64,000 bases of DNA, from contig CAZHOR010000003.1 of NCBI GenBank assembly GCA_964534325.1, positions 16,664 to 80,663 of the forward strand, given 5' to 3'. The translations under genes were made by a program, and so were the position numbers. Below, piece after piece: positions 46,208 through 58,231 of the stretch; position 1 is the first letter of the stretch; each line of letters starts with the position of its first letter. The DNA is from an uncultured archaeon (lineage in GTDB: Archaea > Halobacteriota > Archaeoglobi > Archaeoglobales > Archaeoglobaceae). The notes beneath the pieces are model-generated. The model was not told the origin of the DNA and ran no database searches. It saw only the letters and a list, made by a program, of their open reading frames with translations.

Positions 46208-46895
46208 TGCCGGATACGGAGAAGTTAACGTTTTATTCGATATAGACTCTCAGATAGAGAAGAACAAGATAACTGCTATAGTGGGACCCAATGGTAGTGG
46301 AAAGAGCACTTATCTAAAATCGTTATTCGGTCTCACCACTATCTATTCTGGCAGGGTGTTCTACAAGGATGAGGATATAACGCGCGCACCTGCACATGAC
46401 AGGACTAAAATGGGGATCGCTTACCTTCCTCAGGTGGACAACATATTCAACAATCTGACGGTCAAGGAAAATCTGGTAATTGCCGGCTACACACTGCCAG
46501 AAGACGAGTTCGAGGAGAGAAAAGAGGTTTCGTTGAACACCTTCCCCGAATTAAAGGATTTCATGGACCGGAAAGCCGGCACACTGAGTGGAGGAGAAAG
46601 ACAGTTCCTGGCAACGGCCACAGCCCTTATAAGAAAGGCAGAAGTGGTTATGATGGACGAGCCTTCAGCTGCACTATCTCCCAAATTTGCGGAGATGATG
46701 TTTGACAAGGTAGTCGAATTAAGGGATGAGTTCAAACTTACTATAGCACTTGTAGAGCAGAACGTGGAAAAGGCCTTAGGGATAAGTGAGAACGCATACC
46801 TACTTATCAGCGGTAGGGTGGCCTTTGAAGGTAAATCGCAGGACCTATTAGAGCACGAGAAGTTCGAGAAGCTCTGCATGGGCCTCTTACAGTAA
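46182..46895 (+). CDS. livF: Branched-chain amino acid ABC transporter ATP-binding protein (LivF type)
   Basis: Walker [10 protein letters not shown], signature LSGGERQ, Walker B VVMMDEP. TTG/GTG start. Confidence 0.9.
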   Translation: MVIYTKSLSAGYGEVNVLFDIDSQIEKNKITAIVGPNGSGKSTYLKSLFGLTTIYSGRVFYKDEDITRAPAHDRTKMGIAYLPQVDNIFNNLTVKENLVIAGYTLPEDEFEERKEVSLNTFPELKDFMDRKAGTLSGGERQFLATATALIRKAEVVMMDEPSAALSPKFAEMMFDKVVELRDEFKLTIALVEQNVEKALGISENAYLLISGRVAFEGKSQDLLEHEKFEKLCMGLLQ

Positions 46896-46909
46896 GGATC
46901 ACTTTTTGG

Positions 46910-46978
46910 TTTTGTGTTATTTTGTGTTAATCACCAAATTTTCCGGAGTTAATTTGTCTTTGACCTTTGTCTTTGACC
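46910..46978. repeat. Two pairs of short tandem direct repeats (iterons) upstream of the actin-like gene
   Basis: ttttgtgtta occurs twice (46910-46919, 46920-46929). tttgtctttgacc occurs twice (46953-46965, 46966-46978). All four share a TTTGT core. Confidence 0.8.
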
Positions 46979-47066
46979 TCTCTACTGGTTGGTTTAGTGT
47001 GATTCATGGGTAATTGACCATATCTTGCTTGCATGTATTTTCATTTTTGAAAGACATAAGAAAACA

Positions 47067-47076
47067 TTTTAATATT
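47067..47076 (+). promoter_or_regulatory. TATA box for a probably leaderless actin-like gene transcript
   Basis: ttttaatatt is centred about 27 nt upstream of ATG 47098, with no SD. Confidence 0.4.
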
Positions 47077-47097
47077 TTGAGCATTACCATTATAATC

Positions 47098-48174
47098 ATG
47101 AAATCGGTTGGATTGGATATCGGTACGAACTATACCAAAGCCACTATGGATGGTAAAGAAGTGATCTCATTTCCCAGCATAGTGGTCTATGGTGAAGAGA
47201 AGGACTGGAGTCTCACGGGTGAGAGCAAGGATATATACGTCGGTGAAGAGGCCCTGGCAATGGTCCAGAGCCTGGAAAACGTAGAAGCGATGAGGCCATT
47301 GCACGAAGGGCGTATAATGAATCAGTCATATATGGAACTGGCCAAACAGGCTTTAAAGATGATGGATGTTCAGCCTGACGTGATCGCAACTGGGATGCCC
47401 GTTAAATCATCAAAAAGTGAAAGAGAAGAGCTTGCCAAGGACATAAAGAAGGAATTGAATGCAGATGCCCTGATCTATCCCGAACCTGCTGGGACTCTGG
47501 CTCAGATGAACACTCAGACGGGCGTGTGCGTGGACATGGGATTTGGAACGACTGACATTGCAGTGCTCAATCAAATGGAATACGTCAGGGGAGATACTCT
47601 TCTTCTGGGGGTTGACTGGCTGTACAACAATCTGGAAGTTCTCATAAGGAAGAATTACGGGATCAATATCACTCCCGAAGAGATAACCAAGCTGTTGACC
47701 ACACCCAACTACGAGCTGGGTAGGATTAGAAGCGGTAAGACCATCAAAATATCCCACAAAGACGTCTCCGCTGAATACAACAAGCTGCTCAAGAACTGGC
47801 TGGACAGGATCGTGAGCAGGACCAAATTGATCGTTGAAGGGCTATCTACTGATATTGTAGACCAGATCGTTCTCACTGGCGGTGGTTCACTGCTTCCCGG
47901 CGTTTATGAAGAGTTCAAGAGCAATTTTGAGAGCATAGCCAATGTGGTCAAACCTGACAATCCAGTCTCCAGCAATGCCAGAGGATATTACCACCTCACG
48001 GAAAAGCTCTACAAGGCAAAAGCATCCTCCCAGAAAGTGAAGGAGTCAGTAGAGGAAACCAAACAGAAGGGCAAAGAAAAAGAGTCGGAAGAAGAGACCA
48101 AACAGAAGGGCAAGGGCAAGAAGAAAGAATCAAAAGAATCAAAGAAGAAGGAAGAAGTAGAGGTCAAGACTTGA
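47098..48174 (+). CDS. Actin-fold ATPase, ParM/Alp (archaeal actin-like) family, with a K/E-rich repeat tail
   Basis: Phosphate-1 GLDIGTNYTK, IYPEPAGT, phosphate-2 VCVDMGFGTTDIAV and adenosine motif IVLTGGGSLLPG. The C-terminal EETKQKGK repeats are lysine/glutamate rich. Confidence 0.75.
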   Translation: MKSVGLDIGTNYTKATMDGKEVISFPSIVVYGEEKDWSLTGESKDIYVGEEALAMVQSLENVEAMRPLHEGRIMNQSYMELAKQALKMMDVQPDVIATGMPVKSSKSEREELAKDIKKELNADALIYPEPAGTLAQMNTQTGVCVDMGFGTTDIAVLNQMEYVRGDTLLLGVDWLYNNLEVLIRKNYGINITPEEITKLLTTPNYELGRIRSGKTIKISHKDVSAEYNKLLKNWLDRIVSRTKLIVEGLSTDIVDQIVLTGGGSLLPGVYEEFKSNFESIANVVKPDNPVSSNARGYYHLTEKLYKAKASSQKVKESVEETKQKGKEKESEEETKQKGKGKKKESKESKKKEEVEVKT

Positions 48175-48195
48175 GTAGAAGCTGAATTCGGTTAA

Positions 48196-48804
48196 ATGAA
48201 AGTCACAGTTGACGTCCCGCCGGAAATTGAGAAGTTCCTTCTCAAGAAGTGCGAGAAGACCAAAACTGAGCCATCTGAACTAATAAAGTTACTGCTGGAG
48301 TGGTATTTCCTCAAGTTCAGGAAATCAAGAGGAGAAGGCAGTAGCAGCAGTAGCAGCAGTAGCGGGTTCCTCAAGATCGCCAACGAGTGCGCCATGGAAC
48401 GAGTGAAGAACTGTCGCTACAGTGATGGCAAAAATTGCGCCAGAGAAGTCTTTAACGACATAATGGCCGAGAAAGACCCGGAGCCCATTGTGCCATACAA
48501 ATGTTTGTTCTGCAACCATTTTATTGACCGGAGGGAGTCCAAAACAAAGCCAAAGACAAGAATAAAAGATTATACAGGTCAGAAAGAGGAAGATGCAGTT
48601 GACCAGACATACGAGGTCGCCAGAATAGCTGCCAAAATGGTGGTGGAGATGTACAGCGACAAGCTAAGCAATAACAGTAACAGTAGCAGTAATAGTAACA
48701 ATAGCAGTAGCAGTAATCCCGAAAAAGATTCGAACGAAATGGATGAGGTCGATCAAGAAGCGATAACCAAAAACAAAGTGGAAAATCTCCTGGAGAAATG
48801 GTAA
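48196..48804 (+). CDS. Ribbon-helix-helix (CopG/Arc-like) N-terminal domain protein with Cys-rich middle and acidic C-terminal peptide; candidate ParR-like adaptor
   Basis: MKVTVDVPPEIEKFLLKKCEKTKTEPSELIKLLLEWYF fits a beta-strand/helix/turn/helix RHH pattern. Poly-Ser (48340-48363) and Asn/Ser (48667-48717) linkers are present. Six Cys lie in CAMERVKNCRYSDGKNC...KCLFCNHF. The C-terminus is ...VENLLEKW. Confidence 0.5.
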   Translation: MKVTVDVPPEIEKFLLKKCEKTKTEPSELIKLLLEWYFLKFRKSRGEGSSSSSSSSGFLKIANECAMERVKNCRYSDGKNCAREVFNDIMAEKDPEPIVPYKCLFCNHFIDRRESKTKPKTRIKDYTGQKEEDAVDQTYEVARIAAKMVVEMYSDKLSNNSNSSSNSNNSSSSNPEKDSNEMDEVDQEAITKNKVENLLEKW

Positions 48805-48849
48805 AGATCGAAAAGTGTTAATAAAGATTTAGCTATTATTAATCCTTAT

Positions 48850-50103
48850 TTATTTACTCAGTTTTCTGGGGTCGGTTATCTCTCCATAGATGGCTGTTGC
48901 TGCCGCTGTTGCAGGTGAAACCAGATATATTTCACCTTGCGGGCTTCCCTGTCTGCCCACGAAATTCCTGTTAGAAGTTGATATGCTGACTTCGTTGGCA
49001 GCTATCAATCCGAAACTGCCTCCCATACACGGACCGCAGGAGGGATATTCCACTACGGCACCCAGCTCCACCAGAGAATCTACGATCCCCTCTTTTAACA
49101 GCTTCATGTACTCTGTTTTGGATGCAGGGATCACTATCAACCTGACATTGCGGGCGATACCTTCCCCTTGGAGCATGTCGGCAGCTATTTTTATGTCCTC
49201 GTATCTTCCGTTGGTGCAGGAGCCGATGAAAACCTGATTTACTCTGGTCCCTTCCACTTCCTGGACATCCACCACGTTATCTACGCTGTGGGGTTTTGCC
49301 ACCTGAGGAGGCATGTCTTTAACGTTCAGATCAACTCTCGTGTAAGCGGCATCTTCATCCGTTTTGAGATCGAACGGCTCCATGTTCAGGTAGTCGAATG
49401 TGGTCTTGTCGGGCTCGATAATCCCTGCTTTTCCGCCCATCTCGATGGCCATGTTGGACATGGTCAGCCTCTGACTCATGCTCATGTCCCTTAAAGCTTT
49501 ACCGGCATACTCACAGGCAGCATAATTGGCTCCGTTGCTTCCCATCATTCCGATCAATTTGAGAATGACGTCTTTACTGTAAACGTGCCTGTCAAGCGTC
49601 CCTTCGACCTCAAATCTGATGGTGTGGGGAACCTTGAACCATAACTTACCGGTGGCGAAAACAAAGCCCATGTCAGTGGAGCCTATACCGGTTGCAAAAG
49701 CTCCCAGAGCCCCATACATGCACGTGTGGCTGTCGGCACCCACCACCAGGTCTCCGGGTTTTACATGACTTTTTTCTACCATAATCTGGTGAGCAATACC
49801 CTCATTTATGTCGTAGTTAAGAATATTTTGCTCTTCAGCGAATTCTCTCAACTGTTTCTGGTTTTCTGCTGAATTGATGCTGTCTGCAGGTGCCTGATGG
49901 TCAAAGGCCATGATTATCTTTGAGGAGTCCCATACCCTGCCGTCTCCAGCGATTTCTCTGAAGGCTTTGATGGCAAGTGGCGCTGTGATGTCGTGAACCA
50001 TGGCCTTATCGATGTTCGCCAGTACATAATCGCCTGTTTTGACGTCTTCTCCAGTGGCTGAGGAGAATATTTTCTCTGAGATGGTTTTTGGATTAGAGGT
50101 CAT
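48850..50103 (-). CDS. Aconitase-family dehydratase large subunit (3-isopropylmalate dehydratase LeuC or homoaconitase HacA)
   Basis: [29 protein letters not shown] and PSCGPCMG are Fe-S ligand motifs. Start taken at MTSNPKT. Confidence 0.85.
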   Translation of the reverse strand: MTSNPKTISEKIFSSATGEDVKTGDYVLANIDKAMVHDITAPLAIKAFREIAGDGRVWDSSKIIMAFDHQAPADSINSAENQKQLREFAEEQNILNYDINEGIAHQIMVEKSHVKPGDLVVGADSHTCMYGALGAFATGIGSTDMGFVFATGKLWFKVPHTIRFEVEGTLDRHVYSKDVILKLIGMMGSNGANYAACEYAGKALRDMSMSQRLTMSNMAIEMGGKAGIIEPDKTTFDYLNMEPFDLKTDEDAAYTRVDLNVKDMPPQVAKPHSVDNVVDVQEVEGTRVNQVFIGSCTNGRYEDIKIAADMLQGEGIARNVRLIVIPASKTEYMKLLKEGIVDSLVELGAVVEYPSCGPCMGGSFGLIAANEVSISTSNRNFVGRQGSPQGEIYLVSPATAAATAIYGEITDPRKLSK

Positions 50104-50211
50104 GCAATATCCCCACATAATATTGCATTATTTATCTTTTGCTGGAGTGATAGGTGCTGGAGTGGTGGGTTGTCAGCAAATTATTTATCAGTCCAAGATT
50201 TGGTTCCTATA

Positions 50212-51540
50212 ATGGACACGTTAATGGGAATGACCAGGAAAGGTGTACCTCCTGAATGGTTAAAAAAAGTCTCTGAGTATGAGGGTATTGGTTTAGGCAC
50301 ACTCACCAGCCTCATTTCCAGAGGCGAAGTTACAGTATTTAGAAATAATCTCAGGAATGATGATCTTGGTTTTGAGCCCAGAGCTGTGGGTAAAATGGTG
50401 TCCACCAAGGTTAATGCCAATATAGGCACTTCTGCTGATTATGTTAATGTTGAAGAGGAAGTTGAAAAGGCCAAAGTGGCTGAAAGATATGGTGCTGACG
50501 CCGTTATGGATCTATCCACCGGCGGCGATATAGATGCTATTAGAAAGGAGATAATAAGCTCGGTCAACATTCCGATAGGTACGGTTCCCATTTATCAGGC
50601 TGCCAGAGAGGCAGACGTTGTGGTGGATATGGATGAAGATGATTTCTTCAAGGTGGTGGAGAAGCACGCCAGGGATGGAGTTGACTTCATGACCATCCAC
50701 TCCGGGGTCAACTGGACCAGCATCGAACGCCTCAAGAAAAGTCAGAGACTGCTTGGGGTGGTAAGCAGGGGTGGAGCCATAACAGTTGGATGGATGCTCC
50801 ACAACGAGAAGGAAAATCCCTATTACAAGGATTTTGATTATCTACTGGAGCTTTTGAAGGAGTATGATGTGGCCATCAGCCTGGGAGATGCCTTTAGACC
50901 GGGCTGTATCCACGATGCCGGGGACAGGGTCAAGTTCACCGAATTCGTTCTGCTGGGAGAGTTAGCTCAGAAGTGCAGAAATGAAGGAGTGCAGTGCATC
51001 ATTGAAGGCCCGGGCCACGTCCCCCTTGACGAGATCGAGACTTCAGTAAGGGCAATGAAATCCCTCTCAGGAAACGCGCCCATCTACCTTCTCGGTCCTA
51101 TCGTAACCGACATCGCACCGGGTTACGACCACATCACCTCTGCTATTGGAGCGGCTATAGCAGGTATGCATGGAGCCGATTTCATTTGCTACGTAACCCC
51201 CTCAGAGCATCTGGCTCTCCCCACCGTAGAGGACGTGAAAGAAGGTGTCATCACATCCAAAATAGCCGCACACGCCACCGATCTGGTCAAGGACGGCCAA
51301 AAAGAAAGGGCAAGAAAATTGGATTACTCCATATCCCTAGCCAGAAAGAACCTTGACTGGGAATCCCAGTTCAAGCAGGCTCTAGACCCAGAAAAAGCGA
51401 AAAGTATATGGGAGAAAAGGAGATCCGGAAGTGAGACATGCTCCATATGTGGCGACCTGTGCGCCATAAAGCTGGTAAAAGAAGCCTTTGGAGACGAAAA
51501 AGATAAAGATAAGGACCATAGTGAGACGATTTGTTATTAA
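50212..51540 (+). CDS. thiC: Phosphomethylpyrimidine synthase ThiC
   Basis: VNANIGTS, DAVMDLSTGG, MTIHSG, SRGG, EGPGHVPL and the C-terminal CSICGDLCA cluster motif. The start is uncertain (TTG 50170 or ATG 50212/50227). Confidence 0.9.
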   Translation: MDTLMGMTRKGVPPEWLKKVSEYEGIGLGTLTSLISRGEVTVFRNNLRNDDLGFEPRAVGKMVSTKVNANIGTSADYVNVEEEVEKAKVAERYGADAVMDLSTGGDIDAIRKEIISSVNIPIGTVPIYQAAREADVVVDMDEDDFFKVVEKHARDGVDFMTIHSGVNWTSIERLKKSQRLLGVVSRGGAITVGWMLHNEKENPYYKDFDYLLELLKEYDVAISLGDAFRPGCIHDAGDRVKFTEFVLLGELAQKCRNEGVQCIIEGPGHVPLDEIETSVRAMKSLSGNAPIYLLGPIVTDIAPGYDHITSAIGAAIAGMHGADFICYVTPSEHLALPTVEDVKEGVITSKIAAHATDLVKDGQKERARKLDYSISLARKNLDWESQFKQALDPEKAKSIWEKRRSGSETCSICGDLCAIKLVKEAFGDEKDKDKDHSETICY

Positions 51541-53173
<1,633 letters not shown>

Positions 53174-53177
<4 letters not shown>

Positions 53178-54328
53178 TGAGCTATGATGTTCAGGAAGGC
53201 GCTCACTCGGTGGCTGAAGGAGTTGCATTGTGCAGACCACAGATAATACCATCCAATCCCATTATACCTCAGACCCACATCATGGAAAAGTTGGCGTCTC
53301 TTGTCACTGAAGGGAAGCTGGATGCGGATTACATAAATGTGGAATCACAACCATCTGCCCTATCTCTGATGGCAGGTGCTACTGCCTGCGGAGTCCGATC
53401 GTTTACGGCCACTTCATCTCAGGGATTGGCGATAATGCATGAATCACTGCATTCGGTAGCCGGAATGCGCCTGCCTACTCTCATGGTAGTTACGAATAGG
53501 GCTTTGAGCTCTCCCACAAATATCTGGAACGATCATTCGGACTCCATGTCCCAGAGAGATACTTCCTGGATGCAATTTTATGCCGAAACAGTTCAGGAAG
53601 CTTTAGATCTGGTTATTCAGGGCTACAAGATAGCCGAGAGCAGGGATGTCATGCTTCCTGCTATGGTATGCATGGATGGTTATCTGCTCACTCACTCTTA
53701 CGAACCCGTGGATATTCCTAAACAATCAGAGGTTGATGATTTTCTCCCCCCACTCGATTTGGAGTATAAGCTTGATACAGAGAACCCGTTAACTCTGGGC
53801 CCGTTTGCCACCCCGGATGAATATATGGAGTTCAAGTACGGGCAAAAAGAGGCTATGGATAAGGCGAAGGAGAGCATTAAGAGTGTCAATAGGGAATTCG
53901 GGGACAAATTCGGCAGAAGTTACGGAGATGGAATGGTCGAGTGTTACGGTAAGGATTATGACTACGCTCTCATCGCCGCAGGCTCAGTATGCGGGACTGT
54001 TCGGGATGTAGTTGAGGATAGATGCGGATTGATCAGGATACGCTCCTACAGACCCTTCCCCTACCATGAGTTGAAGGAAGCGGTGAAGGGCTTCAATGCT
54101 GTGGGGGTTTTAGACAGGTCTTTCAGCTACGGATTCAACGGTCCACTTTACTCTGAAGTAAGGTCCACTGTGAATGTCCCTGTTAAAGGGTTCATCGCCG
54201 GTCTCGGTGGCAGAAGTATTAGAGTAGAGGACATTGAGCAAATGGTATCCGGGCTGGAGAATTATGATCCGACAGGTGATGAAGACGGTGATGGTGTGGA
54301 GTGGATAAACCTCAAGAGTGAGGAGTGA
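53174..54328 (+). CDS. 2-oxoacid:ferredoxin oxidoreductase alpha subunit
   Basis: IPQTHIMEKLA, FTATSSQGLAIMHESL, RLPTLMVVTNRAL, IRIRSYRPFP, GLGGRSI. Confidence 0.85.
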
Positions 54329-54332
54329 TCAA

Positions 54333-55208
54333 ATGACGGCCGGTTTGCCCCCAGAAGAGTTTTTTGTTTCAGGTCATTCAGCTTGTGCCGGTTGCGGAGA
54401 AGCTCTGGCAGTTAGAGTGGCTATGAAGGCTCTTGGGAAAGATACAATAGTATGTTTACCTACAGGGTGTCTGGAATTCTTCTCCACTCTTTATGGTAGC
54501 TCTGCATGGGAGGTGCCGGTGATAAACCTCTCGGATAACGCTCCGGCGGTGGCCAGCGGCGTGGAGATGGCCTTAAAAAGACTTGGCAAGGACAGTAAAG
54601 TAGTGGTCTTTGCAGGGGACGGGATAACTGCTGATCTGGAGTTGAGCTCGTTATCCGGGATGCTGGAAAGAGGCCACAAGATCATATACATTTGCCTGGA
54701 TAATGAAGCTTATATGGGTACCGGAGCCCAAAAAAGTGGTGGAACACCCTTCGCTGCCCATACATCAACTTCTCCATATGGAGAATCAAGCGGTAATCAA
54801 TTTTATAAGAAAGATTTACCCTCCATCGTTGGCGCCCACAACATCCCATATATCGCCACAGCATCTGTAGCTTACCCCACCGACCTTTACAACAAGGTGT
54901 TGAAAGCTTCACAGCACCAGCCATCTTATATTCAGGTGCACACCCCCTGTCCTACCGGATGGGGCTTCGATAGCTCCAAAACAGTTGAAATAGCCAAACT
55001 TGCTCTGGAAACCTGTATGTGGGTCAACTATGAGATCGTTGATGGCGATTTAAGGGCAACACCAGTTACTAAGAGACCTGTAGAGGATTATATTCAGCTG
55101 CAAGGAAGGTTCAAGCATCTGTTCAAAGGTGATGAGGGGAAAGAGCTTATCGAAAAATTGCAATCAATAGCGGATGAAAATGCACGCCGATATGGTTTGA
55201 CGGAGTAA
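54333..55208 (+). CDS. 2-oxoacid:ferredoxin oxidoreductase beta (TPP-binding) subunit
   Basis: GHSACAGCGE, PTGC, FAGDGITADLELSSLSG, CLDNEAYMGTGAQKSGGTP, HTPCPTGWGF, QGRFKHL. SD GAGGAGTGA precedes ATG 54333. Confidence 0.85.
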   Translation: MTAGLPPEEFFVSGHSACAGCGEALAVRVAMKALGKDTIVCLPTGCLEFFSTLYGSSAWEVPVINLSDNAPAVASGVEMALKRLGKDSKVVVFAGDGITADLELSSLSGMLERGHKIIYICLDNEAYMGTGAQKSGGTPFAAHTSTSPYGESSGNQFYKKDLPSIVGAHNIPYIATASVAYPTDLYNKVLKASQHQPSYIQVHTPCPTGWGFDSSKTVEIAKLALETCMWVNYEIVDGDLRATPVTKRPVEDYIQLQGRFKHLFKGDEGKELIEKLQSIADENARRYGLTE

Positions 55209-55228
55209 TCGACATCGAATCCCTAAAA

Positions 55229-56354
55229 GTGTCAAAAATACCGTCATGGACCATAATCTACTGGCTGACAGTTATTGTGTTTATCCTGTCCAGGAACGCA
55301 CACATACAGGCGTCACCTCTGGAAGCTGATGAACTGGGGATCTGGAGCCTATCGTTCGGTGGAGCACACTATATTATTGCTTTGCTGATAGGTTTGATCA
55401 TGGGTAGACTTCTTGCCGGCTGAATCCAGAGATTTCCTCAAGAGAGCGGCAAGGCCAGAATGGTTCAACAAGATAGCTATTGTCTGTCCGGGTACCAAGC
55501 TTGGTCTGAAGGGAGTAGAAGCAGCAGGAGAAGCTTTCGGTCTAATAATTGCCGGTATCTGTGCTACAGTTGCGGCATACCTGCTGATGTGGCCACTCGC
55601 TTACATTGTTTGTAGAAAAGTCTTCAATATGACCAGAGAGTGGGCAGCATGTCTATCTTCAGGTATATCCATTTGTGGTGTTTCAGCTACCATCGCTACA
55701 GGTGGCTCCATAAGAGCAAGACCGATTGTACCGGTCATGATCTCGTCAATCATCGTGATCTTCGCTTTAGTGGAGCTGATAGTACTGCCCTTCTTGCTGA
55801 CCAGCATACCGTTATGGGTTGACGATTCCATGGCTACCGGTTCAAGCCTGGGATTGACGGTGAAGACAGATGGTGCTGACGCTGCTGCTGGTGCTATACT
55901 GGACGAGCAAATGAGGACCATATGGGAAACAAAGTACGGCATAACCTTACCAGAGGGCTGGATTACAGTATCTGCGGTGATGACCAAGATATGGATCGAC
56001 ATGTTCATAGGTATCTGGGCATTCGTCTTAGCAGTGCTATAGGTCTACCACATTGAGCGAAGTCCTGGCGAGAAAGTAGAGAAGATGCAGATCTGGTGGA
56101 GGTTCCCCAAATTCTTCATCGGCTACTTCGTAGGAATGTTCGCCATCTGGGGCTTAGGACTGGGAGGCATATTATCCTTAAAGGAACTCGAGTTCGGTAT
56201 AGACCCCATATAAGGACCAATGAGGAAACTGTTCTTCATGCTGACATTCACCAGCATTGGACTGGTAACTGACTTCAGAGAGCTGAAACAAGAAGCGAAT
56301 TTCAAAGAAGATCAAAGATATACTTTTGGAGAACAACATTCGCTCCCTAGTTGA
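55229..56354 (+). pseudogene. YeiH/UPF0324-family membrane transporter, disrupted (one frameshift, two in-frame stops)
   Basis: Three collinear pieces. The first, 55229-55423, changes frame near 55410. The second, 55413-56042, carries the family motif SSGISICGVSATIATG and ends at TAG 56040-56042. The third continues in the same frame through TAA 56211-56213 to TGA 56352-56354. Confidence 0.7.
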
Positions 56355-56763
56355 GCCATCCAAAAGGAGGATGAGTGATATCTTCTCCCTTTTAGAGGAA
56401 CCAGTGATAGTTTTCCCGATAGTTTTCCAGCGAAAGGATGCTTATGCGACTTTCACTCAGAACAATCTAAGGTTTCCCCAGCCAGAAAAAATGATCGTTG
56501 ACCTCTATTTTTATATCACCCGCTTAGATTTTCCTTATCCACCGGATGAATATGGTAGAGTACTTTACTACATCCTAAAGAACAAAAATTTAAACTTCGA
56601 TAGACTAAAAAGATACGCATCGAGAAGAGGGCTAAATGAAGAGTTCGCTAACCTTCTTTCAAAGATGAAGGATAAATACCCAGAGTTGAAAATTCCAAGG
56701 CTAAAAAAAGCATCTGAAATTGAAGATACTTTAAATGAAATTGTGGAGGGAGCTTTGCTTTGA
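56326..56763 (+). CDS. Hypothetical protein upstream of and overlapping an AbiEii-like fragment; possible truncated AbiEi-type antitoxin
   Basis: 145-aa ORF (TTG start; first ATG at 56371) with a 4-nt overlap with the next ORF. No N-terminal wHTH is recognisable. Confidence 0.35.
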   Translation: MENNIRSLVEPSKRRMSDIFSLLEEPVIVFPIVFQRKDAYATFTQNNLRFPQPEKMIVDLYFYITRLDFPYPPDEYGRVLYYILKNKNLNFDRLKRYASRRGLNEEFANLLSKMKDKYPELKIPRLKKASEIEDTLNEIVEGALL

Positions 56764-57089
56764 GAGGTTTTGTCGAAAGATTTAATGACAAACTATGTGG
56801 CAATCCTGAATATTTCCGTAAAGAAACAATACAAGAACATATCGAAACCTCTGCATTGAACGAAACAAACCTCATCAAAGCCATTCACGTTCTTGAATAC
56901 CTTGGCCAGCTTCGTGAAGAAGGTCTAGACCCTTTATTCAAGGGTGGGTCATCTGTACAACTACTTTTACCAACTGGATGGCAAAGACTGAGTATAGACC
57001 TCGATTTGGCCATAGAAACCTCTAAAGAAAACTTTGAAGAAGTATTGAGAAATATTCATGAAAAATTTGGAAAAGAATACTATGCCTAG
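56760..57089 (+). pseudogene. Nucleotidyltransferase AbiEii/AbiGii-type toxin, N-terminal fragment only
   Basis: LFKGGSSVQLLLPTGWQRLSIDLDLA matches the FKGGTA...R.S.D.D NTase core of DUF1814/AbiEii. The ORF stops after 109 aa at tandem TAG TAA, whereas family members are more than 230 aa. Confidence 0.55.
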
Positions 57090-57367
57090 TAAGTCGATAC
57101 TCGGGTGCGAAATCATCGTGTGCCAGTTAAGACCAATTTCAGGAGGGTTGTGGAGAATATTGAGGATATTTGAGTAACCGATACGGAAGTTATAGTATAT
57201 AGTATTAATGACCACGATCTTACCAGAGCACCAAAATTCAGGTTTCTATGTTTTGTGGAATCATGCGGTATTGCGTGTCCATGTTGATAATGGTTAACTC
57301 TTTTCAACCAACGAAAGCTTAGTTGTGGGGCAAATCTTTAATATAGGATGTTGTTTGACTGTTGACA

Positions 57368-58231
57368 ATGAAAATATCACCCAAATGTCCAGCGTGCCTG
57401 TTGCACAGAACATACACTGAATCCAGGATGGTCACTGATGATGAAAGTAAAATAAGGAAAGCGGTCGGTGACTCACTGGAAGTTTTGAACAGAAGGTATC
57501 CTAAGCGGGAAGTCAATGCTGTTATTGCTACAGAAATGCATCGCAGGGTTTACGATATTCTGGGGGTGGATGACCCCTATAAAGAGGTCAAGGACAAGTC
57601 GAATGAGATCGTCATGAATTTCCTGCCGAGTATAAGGGACTATATCGAGAGTCAGGATGATGGGTTCAGGTCTGCTGCCATAGCGTCCATTATCGGAAAT
57701 ACTTTTGACTATGGTGTCATGGGACACGATGTCGCTGAAGATGATTTCATGAGCTTCTTTTCACAACAGTATGCGAAAGGCTTAACTATTGATGACATGG
57801 ATAAAATTAAAAAGTTCTGTAGTGGTAATGTAGTTTACCTTACAGATAATTGCGGAGAGATTATTGTGGACTCTCTTTTCCTGGAGAAAATAAAGGAATT
57901 GTCCCACGACCTGACTGTAGTGGTGAGAGGGAAGCCTATATTGAGCGATGCCACAATAGAGGACGCCAGACTGGCAGGCATAGACAAATTAGGTGATAGT
58001 CTGCTTACCAATGGTGAGGGGGCTATAGGTATAATTGAGGATGAGTTGCCTCCGCAGACAATGGAAAAAATAAATAATGCAGACGTCATAATTGCTAAAG
58101 GTATGGCAAATTACGAATGTCTATCCGATTCAACACTTCCCGTTGCATTTTTATTGACTGCGAAGTGTGAGCCTGTTGCCGATTCTTTAGGCGTTTCGGT
58201 TGGTGATATGGTTGCAAAATTTGAGAATTGA
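57368..58231 (+). CDS. DUF89 (ARMT1-like) damage-control phosphatase family protein
   Basis: N-terminal KCPACLLHR, DPYKEVK, LTDNCGEIIVD and AKGMANYE motifs of the archaeal DUF89 family. Confidence 0.8.
   Translation: MKISPKCPACLLHRTYTESRMVTDDESKIRKAVGDSLEVLNRRYPKREVNAVIATEMHRRVYDILGVDDPYKEVKDKSNEIVMNFLPSIRDYIESQDDGFRSAAIASIIGNTFDYGVMGHDVAEDDFMSFFSQQYAKGLTIDDMDKIKKFCSGNVVYLTDNCGEIIVDSLFLEKIKELSHDLTVVVRGKPILSDATIEDARLAGIDKLGDSLLTNGEGAIGIIEDELPPQTMEKINNADVIIAKGMANYECLSDSTLPVAFLLTAKCEPVADSLGVSVGDMVAKFEN

Noticed and set aside
47014-47097. 28-codon N-terminal extension of the actin-like ORF in the track
   Set aside because: The extension covers the TATA box and AT-rich promoter. The conserved phosphate-1 motif begins right after ATG 47098.
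50119-50211. Possible TPP riboswitch upstream of thiC (a direct repeat gctggagtg x2 was noticed)
   Set aside because: The spacer is too short, and it lacks the conserved CUGAGA / ACCUGAUCUGGAUAAUGCCAGCG-type elements of THI-box RNAs.
56040-56042. In-frame TAG in the YeiH-like gene as possible pyrrolysine
   Set aside because: The same gene also has a frameshift and an in-frame TAA, and this family is not known to contain Pyl. Pseudogenisation is the simpler explanation.
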